Shown one piece after another: positions 48,108 to 56,661 of a stretch of DNA of 64,000 bases. A model generated the notes under the pieces. That model saw only the letters and a program-made list of their open reading frames with translations, was not told the origin of the DNA and did no database searches. This stretch comes from a virus, in the IMG/VR virus record IMGVR_UViG_3300042868_012479, positions 18,524 through 82,523 of that record; one strand, given 5' to 3'. The translations under genes were made by a program, and so were the position numbers. Every line of letters starts with the position of its first letter. The stretch's first letter is position 1.

Positions 48108-49197
48108 CCACTTTTCCACATTCAGTGGAGTCGGCGGTATTGATTTAGGTCTAGAGGCAGCCGGCTGGCACACTGTTGCATTTTGTGAAAATGCGGCGTA
48201 CCAGTCAGCAATACTTGGGCGGCAATGGCCAGGAATCCCCAATCTTGGGGATATCACCTCAATCAGCACAGAGAAGACAGGTGATGCATGGCAATCTGCT
48301 AGGCTCTGGTCGGCTGGGTTTCCCTGCCAGGATTTGAGCAGCGCAGGAAAGCGAAAGGGGTTTGGCGGTGAGCGTTCGGTCCTCGCGTTCTCGTTCCTCA
48401 ACCTCGTCGAAACCTTTGGGCCAGAATGGGTCCTCCTTGAAAACGTCCCCGGACTCTTTACCTCCAGCTCCGGACGCGACATGGGGCGACTCCTCCAGGA
48501 AATGGATGAACTCGGGTATGGCGTGGCGTGGCGAACTATTGATGCGTCGGGCGCCGGAAGCTGTGAACTGCATGGGCGAAGGCGCCCAGTGCCGCAACCG
48601 CGCCGTCGAGTCTTCCTTCTTGGACATCGTGGAACCGCTCGTGCCGGCGAGGTTCTTCTTGACACGGGAGGAAGCAATGAATTACCTTGGGCGTTCGGTC
48701 GTGAAGACCGGACCTGGGATCAAGAACGGCTTTACGCCGGACCTACACCAAGCAATCCAGGAAACTATCGACCAGCAGCGTTTGATTTTGCGAAGGTTGA
48801 CTACACTGGAGATGGAGCGCCTGATGGGCTGGCCGGACGGCCACACGCTCGTCCCAGGATTCCGACGTCTGCACGCCAAGCACACCAGCTCGTAGAGCTT
48901 CCAAACTCAGAGGGTGGGGACATCCGCCTGTACCGAAAATCCGAGCGAAACCAGCGAGATGGGTTTTTTGAGCGGTGGGCTGAGGACGGAAGGTTCTCCA
49001 CCCTAACTGCCTTTTCATCTTCTGGCGTATTTGGCCAACACCTCCTGCGAAGCGGCGCGTGCATTGAGCACCCATTGCTAGACCGCAATAATGAATCTAC
49101 CAGGGCTGATGCTTGCGGTAATGGGGTAGCCAGCCTAGTTGCAGAGTGGATTGGCCTGCGAATCGTAGAAAACATGCGGTTGCACGGCGAAATTTGA
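48067..49197 (+). CDS. DNA cytosine-5 methyltransferase, large (alpha) subunit
   Basis: FSGVGG (motif I), GFPCQD (IV), ENVPG (VI), QPRRRVF (VIII), GNGV (X); motif IX absent in this frame. Confidence 0.9.
   Translation: MKRKSPKPSASALSHFSTFSGVGGIDLGLEAAGWHTVAFCENAAYQSAILGRQWPGIPNLGDITSISTEKTGDAWQSARLWSAGFPCQDLSSAGKRKGFGGERSVLAFSFLNLVETFGPEWVLLENVPGLFTSSSGRDMGRLLQEMDELGYGVAWRTIDASGAGSCELHGRRRPVPQPRRRVFLLGHRGTARAGEVLLDTGGSNELPWAFGREDRTWDQERLYAGPTPSNPGNYRPAAFDFAKVDYTGDGAPDGLAGRPHARPRIPTSARQAHQLVELPNSEGGDIRLYRKSERNQRDGFFERWAEDGRFSTLTAFSSSGVFGQHLLRSGACIEHPLLDRNNESTRADACGNGVASLVAEWIGLRIVENMRLHGEI
48368..48895 (+). CDS. DNA cytosine-5 methyltransferase small (beta) subunit, nested in an alternative frame
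   Basis: WMNSGMAWRGE, RFFLT and RRLTTLEMERLMGWPDGHT (motif IX); GTG preceded by AAAGGGG. Confidence 0.8.
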   Translation: MSVRSSRSRSSTSSKPLGQNGSSLKTSPDSLPPAPDATWGDSSRKWMNSGMAWRGELLMRRAPEAVNCMGEGAQCRNRAVESSFLDIVEPLVPARFFLTREEAMNYLGRSVVKTGPGIKNGFTPDLHQAIQETIDQQRLILRRLTTLEMERLMGWPDGHTLVPGFRRLHAKHTSS

Positions 49198-49214
49198 TGT
49201 GATACACTCCTGGT

Positions 49215-49529
49215 ATGCCTCATAAAGACCCGGTAACCCCGGAACTCCGCTACGCAGTCATGAAGCGCGACCACATTTGTGTGGGGGCGAAAATTGGCAT
49301 GGGCGAAGCATGCGGCAGCCAGTTTGGTTCAGGTAGCAATATTGTTTGGGAGCTTGATCACGTAGACAATGCCGGGCTTGGGCGTCGCGGCCCCAGCACA
49401 ATGGACAATCTTGTCTTGATCTGTGGGTATCACCATAGGGTAAAGACCGAGTCGTCAAAGACATGGCGACCAAAGCTAAGGGAGTACCTTGATGCGAAAT
49501 CCAGCACTTCAGTATCCGGGGGATCGTAG
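49215..49529 (+). CDS. HNH endonuclease
   Basis: RDHIC..ELDHV..DNLVLICGYHHRVKT; TACACT 6 nt before ATG. Confidence 0.85.
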   Translation: MPHKDPVTPELRYAVMKRDHICVGAKIGMGEACGSQFGSGSNIVWELDHVDNAGLGRRGPSTMDNLVLICGYHHRVKTESSKTWRPKLREYLDAKSSTSVSGGS

Positions 49530-49736
49530 TTGTTCGTACCATCTTTGCCCCAATAGGAAGCTTGCAAAAGTGAAGCGCGGATATTTTATTCCGCTGGGAG
49601 AGATTAAAAGTTTCTCAGCCGGAATGGCAATCCATGTCCAGTGCATGAGGCAAATCACACGCGGCAGCGGCGGAACGCTTGACGATTTGGCCGGGCCAGA
49701 CGATACTACGGAAGTATCATCCAACAAGGAGGGTGT

Positions 49737-50015
49737 ATGAGTAGCGAAGTGGCAAGCATCGAGAACCTAAAGGTTGGCGTAGGCGCTGTTGAGGAAACCC
49801 TCAAAGAGTTTGACTCAACATTTGGCGACCAGACCCACCGCGCGCAAATTGCATCATGGGTTTTCCATAGCACATCTGCTCGCCTTCGGGAGGGCCAGTT
49901 TGCTGGGGTTGAGCCAGAGCGCTGGTGGCAGATTGCTGAGGGGATACAGCTTGGTGTTGATCATTGGGTCGATACCGGTGCACCATATAACTGGGCGGTA
50001 GAAGTAGATGAGTAA
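49737..50015 (+). CDS. Hypothetical protein
   Basis: SD AGGAGGG. Confidence 0.65.
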   Translation: MSSEVASIENLKVGVGAVEETLKEFDSTFGDQTHRAQIASWVFHSTSARLREGQFAGVEPERWWQIAEGIQLGVDHWVDTGAPYNWAVEVDE

Positions 50016-50256
50016 GCAAAGCGGCGAAGCCCATGTTGAGTTGCGCAAGAAGCAACGCCAGCAGCATGAGCGGGTATGGAAGCTTATCCGCGACTCCGGG
50101 GTGAAGCGACGATTCGTCGCAAGGCATCTTGGTGTATCCTACGGTTATCTAAACCAGGTCCAGTATGGACACGCGCCGATGACGGCAGAGATGCAACGAC
50201 GATTGTCGGAGTATCTTGGTCTTAGTGAAGTCGAGCTGTTTAGCTCGGAGAAGTGA
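50008..50256 (+). CDS. Cro/XRE-like HTH protein
   Basis: RRFVARHLGVSYGYLNQVQYG..LSEYLG..ELF. Confidence 0.8.
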   Translation: MSKQSGEAHVELRKKQRQQHERVWKLIRDSGVKRRFVARHLGVSYGYLNQVQYGHAPMTAEMQRRLSEYLGLSEVELFSSEK

Positions 50257-50264
50257 GGTTAGAA

Positions 50265-50870
50265 ATGGCATACGATACGGCCCCTAAGAAGAAGTTTGCA
50301 GAGGATTATATTGATGTAGCGGAGCGTCTCCGCGCTTGGTACGAAGCATATCCAAACGCTCGAATTGAAACGAGCATTGTTTCGCACACTGATAGCCGCG
50401 TGACGGTAAAGGCCCTAGCATTTCGTGGAGAAACGGAGGAGCGCCCCGCAGGTGTTGGCCACTCGTCCATGGCAATTCCAGGGAGCACGCCATATACGCG
50501 AGGATCAGAGCTAGAGAACTGCGAGACCTCAGCTGTTGGACGAGCGCTTGTTATGGCCGGTCTTCCTTCTAAGAAGGTTGCATCGAGCGATGAGATTCGC
50601 TCAAAGGGTGGCACGACAATCAAGCCCTCTCCAGCAATGCAGGAGCGCGATAAGTCAAAGGCTGATGACGAGGCTATTTTGCGCGCTGCGCAAGAAAGCT
50701 TTGGCGACAACCCAGCACTTATCGAATGGCGCGATGCAATCAATTCATGCGCAAGCTCTGGAGACCTGACAAAGGTTGCCCAAGAGATTGCTGCGTCTGC
50801 GCTTGATGCCGAGCAGAAGCGCTGGCTGGGTCAGTACTACACAACGCGCAAGACCGAGCTCAGCGCCTAA
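50265..50870 (+). CDS. Single-strand annealing protein-like (Rad52/Sak-type, tentative)
   Basis: YIDVAERL..YPNARIET..ENCETSAVGRAL; adjacent to exonuclease. Confidence 0.65.
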   Translation: MAYDTAPKKKFAEDYIDVAERLRAWYEAYPNARIETSIVSHTDSRVTVKALAFRGETEERPAGVGHSSMAIPGSTPYTRGSELENCETSAVGRALVMAGLPSKKVASSDEIRSKGGTTIKPSPAMQERDKSKADDEAILRAAQESFGDNPALIEWRDAINSCASSGDLTKVAQEIAASALDAEQKRWLGQYYTTRKTELSA

Positions 50871-51730
50871 TGCGCGAGCACGTTAGCGTTAGCGAGATCC
50901 GCGAGTTTCAGGCCTGCCCTCTTAGGTGGTGGTACCGCTACGAGAATGGCCTGTGGACTGAAAAGACAAGCTCGTTCTTCGCGCTTGGAACTGCGGTTCA
51001 CGCCGGCCTTGCAAATTGGTATGAGCCACTAAACGGCGGAAAGAAAGACGGCGACCTGACTATGCCGCTAAGGCTCTACAAGGCAGCATTTGCCGATGAG
51101 TCCGCCAAGGTCAACTGGGCTAATGAGTCCGACAAAGACCCTATTAGCCAGAGCGCCCTTGGAGAAGAAATGCTGAAGGCTGCAATCTTTGAGGGCGACG
51201 ACTGGACGGCGAAGGCTGTCGAGCGCTCCTTCATGGCTGACATTAAGCATAGCCGCCTTGGAACTCTTCCGATTAAGCTGAAGTCTGTTCTTGACATGGT
51301 GACGACTACGAACGATGTGGTCGAGCACAAGACTGCAGCTCGTAAGTGGGAAGAGGGACGCGAGCACGGAGACGTGCAGGCAACTGCCTATGTCTCTGTT
51401 GTTCGGCAGAACTACGACCATGATCCTAAAGTGACGTTCAATATTGTCAGCAAGCACTCAAAAGGTCCAAATGTAGAGCGCCGGACCACAACTCGCACGA
51501 CAGACGATATTGACCGGCTGTACATTACGGTCCGTGCGATGCTGGATGCCAAGGAGAAGGGCGCAATCTACCCAAACCCAACCGCGTTCGCACATGCGAC
51601 GTGTGAATTCAGGAAGTTGTGTGACAAATGGGAATCTCATCCACAGCCCCTGCCGGAGACGGCACGTGGCATGCTTACGGTGCTGCCGTCCATCCGCCAG
51701 TCGTCGCTGACGAAGATTTACGGCGAGTGA
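50870..51730 (+). CDS. PD-(D/E)xK RecB/Cas4-like exonuclease
   Basis: SVSEI..CPLRW, GTAVH, LDM..VEHKT, QATAY, terminal Cys residues. Confidence 0.85.
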   Translation: MREHVSVSEIREFQACPLRWWYRYENGLWTEKTSSFFALGTAVHAGLANWYEPLNGGKKDGDLTMPLRLYKAAFADESAKVNWANESDKDPISQSALGEEMLKAAIFEGDDWTAKAVERSFMADIKHSRLGTLPIKLKSVLDMVTTTNDVVEHKTAARKWEEGREHGDVQATAYVSVVRQNYDHDPKVTFNIVSKHSKGPNVERRTTTRTTDDIDRLYITVRAMLDAKEKGAIYPNPTAFAHATCEFRKLCDKWESHPQPLPETARGMLTVLPSIRQSSLTKIYGE

Positions 51731-52035
51731 GCGACCTCGCCTGGTGGCGCAAGGAGATCGAATCAGCGCCAAACAAGCAGGGTCGCATGGGCGACTTCTA
51801 TGAGGCGATGACCGGCAAGAAGCTTAAGCGCTCTGAATACGGTAGGATCTTCAAGTTGATGCAATCGTTCCCGGGCAGCATCCCGGGGCTAATGTCAGCA
51901 ATATGTGAGGCGGCAATCCGTGATCTTGACGGTGATCCGCTGGCATATGTGCAAAAACTCGCGGATAGTCCGCGATGGAAGGCCCCAGTGGCCGGTAGGA
52001 AGAAGGAGAATTACGATGGGATTATCCAAGATTGA
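51727..52035 (+). CDS. DnaD-like replication protein (tentative)
   Basis: AICEAA..LAYVQKL..W pattern; directly upstream of the helicase loader. Confidence 0.5.
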   Translation: MSDLAWWRKEIESAPNKQGRMGDFYEAMTGKKLKRSEYGRIFKLMQSFPGSIPGLMSAICEAAIRDLDGDPLAYVQKLADSPRWKAPVAGRKKENYDGIIQD

Positions 52036-52687
52036 TCCAAACCTCGACTTTGCGTACATCATGACGCCAGAAGGCGCCGTAAAGCGTCGTCAGGACGAGC
52101 CGCCAGCCCCAAACGTCGCTAATGACCGACTGGAAAAGGCTGGAGTGTCAAAAAGGTACATGCATGCGTCGTTCAACTCGCTCAAAGAGCTGCCAGAGGC
52201 AAAAACGGCCGTAAAAGTAGCAAAAGAGTGGGCCGATGCACCGCTTACGGACCGGGGATTCTTCTTTGTCGGCACTCCGGGTGTCGGAAAGACCCATTTG
52301 GCCGTTGCTGCACTCCGGCACAAGGTTGAAAACGGGCTATTGAACGCGCGGTTCATCAATGTGCCGCTATTTTTGGATGCAGTGCGGTCCAGCTTCAAGT
52401 TTTCGGACGATTCCGTGCAGGCGGACTTCCAATTTATCTGCAACCGAGCCTCTGTTGTCGTTTTGGACGACTTTGGCAAGGAGCGCGCGACGGATTGGGC
52501 GACCGAACGGCTCTATGTGATCGTTGAGAGCCGGTATTCGGCGATGCTACCCACCGTAGTGACGTCAAACCGCACGCTCGATGAGCTAAACGACCTTGGG
52601 TACGGCGCAACGGTCTCTCGTTTGACCGAAATGTGCACCGTTGTCAAGTTTGGCGGCTCTGATTTGCGCCCAAAGATCAATCGGTAA
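52016..52687 (+). CDS. DnaC/IstB-like AAA+ helicase loader
   Basis: GTPGVGKTHLA, VLDDFGKE, RY..PTVVTSN, SRL. Confidence 0.9.
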   Translation: MGLSKIDPNLDFAYIMTPEGAVKRRQDEPPAPNVANDRLEKAGVSKRYMHASFNSLKELPEAKTAVKVAKEWADAPLTDRGFFFVGTPGVGKTHLAVAALRHKVENGLLNARFINVPLFLDAVRSSFKFSDDSVQADFQFICNRASVVVLDDFGKERATDWATERLYVIVESRYSAMLPTVVTSNRTLDELNDLGYGATVSRLTEMCTVVKFGGSDLRPKINR

Positions 52688-53061
52688 TGCACAAACCGCT
52701 GGTGATTACGCTGTTAGGGCGTCCACCCAGCTGGAATTCCGCCTATCGCGCGCGAAAATCGTACATCTACATGACACGAGAAGCAAAAGCGTGGAAAAAG
52801 CTCACGACGATCATCACCGGCGAAGTTGCAAAGCAGCAAAACTGGTCATGTGGGCGTGATACAATGCTCATCGTTGACGTTTGGATCTACGTAAAGCGTA
52901 CGATTGATGCGGACAACATTTTGAAGCTCACACTCGATGCCGTAGCGGCCGGGTTGGGCGTTAATGATGCTCGGTTCCTGCCAAGGGTGTGGGAGCTGAA
53001 TAAGAAGTGTGACGGCGAGAAGGTCGTCCTTAGTATTACGGAGGTAGCAAACGATGATTAA
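52687..53061 (+). CDS. rusA: RusA-like Holliday junction resolvase
   Basis: PPSWN..Y, DADNILKLTLDA, GVNDAR. Confidence 0.85.
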   Translation: MHKPLVITLLGRPPSWNSAYRARKSYIYMTREAKAWKKLTTIITGEVAKQQNWSCGRDTMLIVDVWIYVKRTIDADNILKLTLDAVAAGLGVNDARFLPRVWELNKKCDGEKVVLSITEVANDD

Positions 53062-53437
53062 GGTTCAGTTGATTGGTTATGTCGGTGCAAAGCCGCAGAT
53101 TCGCGCAACGCAGAAGGGCCGCCAGGTAGCAAACTTCAACGTTGCAGTCCACGGCTCAAAGGATGCTAACGGCGAAGAGAAGTCGACGTGGTATCCAATC
53201 GCCTGTTGGGATGGCCGAGCAGAACTCGCCGACAAGATTGTCCAGAAGGGCGATTTGATTTGGGTTGAGGGAACGCCGGAGATTTCATCGTGGACCGACA
53301 AGAACGATGTCGAGCACACGGAAATCGCCATTACCGCAAAGTTCATCCAGGTCCTCAAGCGTTCCGCAAAGGGCAAGGAGGAGGGAGAGTCCTCACGTGC
53401 AACCATGCAGGAGTCACTTGAGGAGCTTCCGTTCTAA
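53054..53437 (+). CDS. ssb: Single-stranded DNA-binding protein
   Basis: LIGYVG..VANFNVAV..KGDLIWVEG; acidic C-terminus EELPF. Confidence 0.92.
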   Translation: MIKVQLIGYVGAKPQIRATQKGRQVANFNVAVHGSKDANGEEKSTWYPIACWDGRAELADKIVQKGDLIWVEGTPEISSWTDKNDVEHTEIAITAKFIQVLKRSAKGKEEGESSRATMQESLEELPF

Positions 53438-53658
53438 TGCCAAAAGAGTTTGATTTACAGAAGATCTCGGCCGATGTTAAACGTGCGTTATCCATGCCAG
53501 AGGGTGAAGCAAAAAACACACTTACTAACTCGGTCATGGTTGAACTATCCGGGTTGCTAGACGTTATGGCCAAAATAGCTAATCGAATGAGTGAGCCGAT
53601 GGAAAACTCCTCACATAAGATTGGTACATCAGGGTCTGGACGAAGCAAGGCTAACTAG
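53437..53658 (+). CDS. Hypothetical protein
   Basis: TAATG coupling to ssb. Confidence 0.55.
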   Translation: MPKEFDLQKISADVKRALSMPEGEAKNTLTNSVMVELSGLLDVMAKIANRMSEPMENSSHKIGTSGSGRSKAN

Positions 53659-53795
53659 CGTACTATTCGGGGTCCTCGCGCAGCGCAGCTAAAATTTTTT
53701 AAATTTTGGTAGGGGCTGTACTAGGTACTATCCACCACACAGAGGGGTTGGAGAAATCCAGCCCCTTTGCTGTCCCATCTGTAAGGAGCACCAAC

Positions 53796-54101
53796 ATGCC
53801 AAAGGCAGCCCATACCCTAAACATCGCCGCTGAACTCAAGAAAGGGCCGACGGTCCTGGACTTTTACGCAGATTGGTGCCAGCCCTGCAAGGCCATCAGC
53901 AAAGAGCTTGAGCGACTTAAGGTGCTGCGTCCGGCACTCAACATCGTCAAGATCAACGTTGACAAGCACCAAGAGCTTGTTCAATCCTACGACATCAAGA
54001 GCATCCCCTTTGTCCTGTACTATGAGGGTGCTGATGCGGCTCCAAAGCAGCTCAACGGATTGGTCGCGGCAGAGGAGCTTATTCGACGATTTGGGCTCTG
54101 A
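53796..54101 (+). CDS. trxA: Thioredoxin
   Basis: LDFYADWCQPCK, KINVD, IKSIP; SD AAGGAG. Confidence 0.92.
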   Translation: MPKAAHTLNIAAELKKGPTVLDFYADWCQPCKAISKELERLKVLRPALNIVKINVDKHQELVQSYDIKSIPFVLYYEGADAAPKQLNGLVAAEELIRRFGL

Positions 54102-54151
54102 TACCAGAAGGGGGAGAAAGGGCCCTCTGCGTGGCTCCTAGGGGCATCTAC

Positions 54152-54227
54152 GGGGGTGTAGCTCAACGGTTAGAGCACTGAGCTTATATCTCAGCGGCTC
54201 CTGGTTCGAGTCCAGGCTCCCCTACCA
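54152..54227 (+). tRNA. tRNA-Ile(UAU)
   Basis: Cloverleaf; anticodon arm CTGAG-CTTATAT-CTCAG; GGTTCGAGTCC; encoded CCA. Confidence 0.88.
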
Positions 54228-54247
54228 TCTATCTGCTATGCTTTTCC

Positions 54248-54351
54248 TAGCACGCTGGACCTGAAAGTTTAGCCCCTACTTTCCTTGGAGGGGCGACCAT
54301 ATCGGACCTTTAAGCGTCAGCGCTGCCCCCTGCGGGTTGGTCCAGGTGCTA
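54248..54351 (+). ncRNA. Candidate ~104-nt structured RNA with H-type pseudoknot
   Basis: 13-bp terminal stem; GAAAGT/ACTTTC and GCCCCT/AGGGGC interleaved; extended -10 just upstream. Confidence 0.55.
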
Positions 54352-54361
54352 TGCTCCCCCT

Positions 54362-54757
54362 ATGAAGTCTATCTCACGCTTTATGCACTACGTCGAAATC
54401 AACCAGGCCAACGGCTGCTGGGAGTGGACCGGCGCCTTTGACCGGAGTGGGTATGGTGCATTCAAGGATCAGGGCAAAAAAATAAATTCGCACCGGTGGA
54501 GCTACCGTCATTTTAAGGGCGAGCCACCGAAGGGGTTGGACATCGATCACCTCTGTCGCATCAGGAAGTGTGTCAGCCCAGAACATTTAGAGGCAGTCAC
54601 GCGAAAAGTCAACGTCCAGCGTGGTCTTGCTGCACAGGAGCGAAAAACCCACTGCATTCATGGACACGAATATACGCCAGAGAATACGTACCGATATCCG
54701 AGTGGCGGACGTGAGTGTCGGACGTGCAAGTACGATAATGGACGCATTCCGGAGTAG
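54362..54757 (+). CDS. HNH homing endonuclease
   Basis: CWEWTG..GYG..HRWSY..IDHLC..CVSPEHL plus KTHCIHGHEY..CRTC; inside the tRNA cluster. Confidence 0.9.
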   Translation: MKSISRFMHYVEINQANGCWEWTGAFDRSGYGAFKDQGKKINSHRWSYRHFKGEPPKGLDIDHLCRIRKCVSPEHLEAVTRKVNVQRGLAAQERKTHCIHGHEYTPENTYRYPSGGRECRTCKYDNGRIPE

Positions 54758-54822
54758 CTCAGTGGTAGAGCGGGCGACTGTTAATCGCCTGGTCGTAGGT
54801 TCGAGCCCTACCTCCGGAGCCA
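54748..54822 (+). tRNA. tRNA-Asn(GUU)
   Basis: TCCGGAG acceptor; GGCGA-CTGTTAA-TCGCC; CCA. Confidence 0.95.
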
Positions 54823-54826
54823 TCAC

Positions 54827-54901
54827 GGGCCGGTAGCTCAGCGGTAGAGTAGGGGTCTTTTAAGCCCTAGGTCGTGGGTTCGATCCCCACCCGGCTCTCC
54901 A
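54827..54901 (+). tRNA. tRNA-Lys(UUU)
   Basis: GGGCCGG acceptor; GGGGT-CTTTTAA-GCCCT; CCA. Confidence 0.92.
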
Positions 54902-55240
54902 GGTATTTTAAAAAAATCCAGGCGCTCTTGTTGCCCCCAGCTGTTGTGTGTGGGGAGAGGGGTTGAGGGGATCTGGTGAAATCTTGATTATTGCGCAGTG
55001 AGCTCGTGTGGGCGGGGCTGTTCTGGTCTGGGCGAGGGGTTGGGGCGGGCTATGTCGATGTTCGGGCAACGGCGGGCAGCCAGCACATACACCCCCCATA
55101 GCCACCGATGAAACTTTCTCCGAGCTTCTCGCTGCCACCCCCACCCCCCGTAGCGGCCGACACGATTTCCGGCACGCGGGCAACAAGAAACCCCCCGCTC
55201 GACCGATGCCGAGCGAGGGGCGAAGATTTCCGGGGAGCGG

Positions 55241-55456
55241 TCAGCCGATTAGACCGAACTCCTCTGCCACGATCCAGACCGCGACGAACGCGCCGAACCC
55301 CGCGAACCCGCCGATGATGGCGAACGCTGGCGAGAACCAGAACGCGAACGAGCCGACCACCAAGCCGATGCCGCCTTCATACCCGAAGGCTGCGCCGAGT
55401 CCGATAGCCGACACCGCGACTACCACGGTCATCATTGTTGCTGCTACCTTGCTCAT
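55241..55456 (-). CDS. Small membrane protein (cassette gene)
   Basis: Mostly hydrophobic; SD AGAGGTG; own promoter and terminator. Confidence 0.7.
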   Translation of the reverse strand: MSKVAATMMTVVVAVSAIGLGAAFGYEGGIGLVVGSFAFWFSPAFAIIGGFAGFGAFVAVWIVAEEFGLIG

Positions 55457-55753
55457 CTGTTCACCTCTTTGTCGGTTCGGGTCTGTGCCTACCCCCGACT
55501 ACTGAATACTACGCCACCCACTCAACCAAGTCAAACCACTCGACCTAGTCCGACCGAGCCGACCCAACGCCCGACCGACCGCATGACCGAACCGCGCGGG
55601 GGTATGGGGGGGAATACAAACGCCCTAATAGGTCTGCGAAAAAATGACCCGACCCACAAAATCCGGCGAGCGGTCAGCAGAAAAAAAAGAAGCTCCGAAA
55701 GCAAGAAGCCCCACCCCCGAAGGGGTGAGGCTTCGTTGCGCCCGACCGACCGA

Positions 55754-56233
55754 CTAGCAGCCGAGCGGGGAGTCCTCGCCAAGAGGCTGCGACTCGCCGC
55801 CGATGACCCACGCCGTCAAGCGGGTGAGGTTCACCGTTCGGTGAGAGTGGAAGGGTCGTCGCTTCTCGCACGCCGACCCCGCCTTCCCTGCGTTCGGACA
55901 AGCGACCGTGTAGCCGTACTCGGTCGGAGCCATCACGACGAGGTCAACCACAGGCTCGCCCTTCTTGGTGAGATAGACCCCCGTGGCGTGAACATCACGA
56001 TTCACCTGACCCGCTACGGAGAAGTGGAACACCTCGCCTTTCGGCGTGGTGAACGCTTCGCCTGTGGTCTTGACTCGACCAAGCGCACGATGCTCGGCGA
56101 AGTTGGCGGCGGCGTTCGCCTCTCGGCGCGCCTTCTCCTTATCGCTAGTTGGCGCGCTCCACGCCTCGACCTTGATGATTTTTCCGCCACTCTTGGCGGC
56201 TGCGGCTAGCCCCGCTGCGTAGGTCATTGCCAT
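55754..56233 (-). CDS. SH3/WYL-like Cys/His protein, paralog 1
   Basis: APTEYGYTVACPNAGKAGSACEKRRPFHSHRTVNLTRL; SD GGGAG. Confidence 0.85.
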   Translation of the reverse strand: MAMTYAAGLAAAAKSGGKIIKVEAWSAPTSDKEKARREANAAANFAEHRALGRVKTTGEAFTTPKGEVFHFSVAGQVNRDVHATGVYLTKKGEPVVDLVVMAPTEYGYTVACPNAGKAGSACEKRRPFHSHRTVNLTRLTAWVIGGESQPLGEDSPLGC

Positions 56234-56661
56234 CTGGCTTCTCCCTGTCGGAGCGGAACCGAGCGGCTCCGTCTGTGTTCCCCGACCTGTTGATTGTCGC
56301 AGGTCGCACGCCCGAACGCAAGCCCGACGCATCAGGCGCAACGCTATCCATCAGCCGCCGTTGCCCAGCCGCCGGCATAGCCTATGAAGCTCCAAACAGA
56401 ATGAATAATGAATGAATGAATAGCGAATGAATACAAAGGGGTATGGGGGGGAGTGAGTCGCCCTAATAGATGCCCGAAAAAAATGATGCCCGTTCGCCGG
56501 GTAAACGCTAGGCCGAGCATTGCCCGAACATCGACACGGCTGGAGCTATTCGCAGTCAGCGGGGGTATGGGGGGGGAACCGAGGCCGAGCAGTAGAGGCC
56601 TCAACAAAAAGACCCCACCCCCGAAGGGGTGAGGCCTTGTTGCCCGTTCGCCGGCGAGCGG

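Noticed and set aside
46300-48677. Long minus-strand ORFs (344 aa, 273 aa) opposite the portal and methyltransferase
   Set aside because: No motifs or RBS; antisense shadows typical of GC-rich coding DNA, unlike the nested beta ORF, which carries a needed motif.
49489-49740. 83-aa ORF between HNH and the next gene
   Set aside because: Possibly real since it fills the gap and ends in an ATGA overlap, but it overlaps HNH by 41 nt with an uncertain start and no recognisable motif, so it was not called.
54248-54351. tmRNA
   Set aside because: A pseudoknot and GCUGCC are present, but there is no tRNA-like domain, no CCA end and no stop after the Ala-Ala codons.
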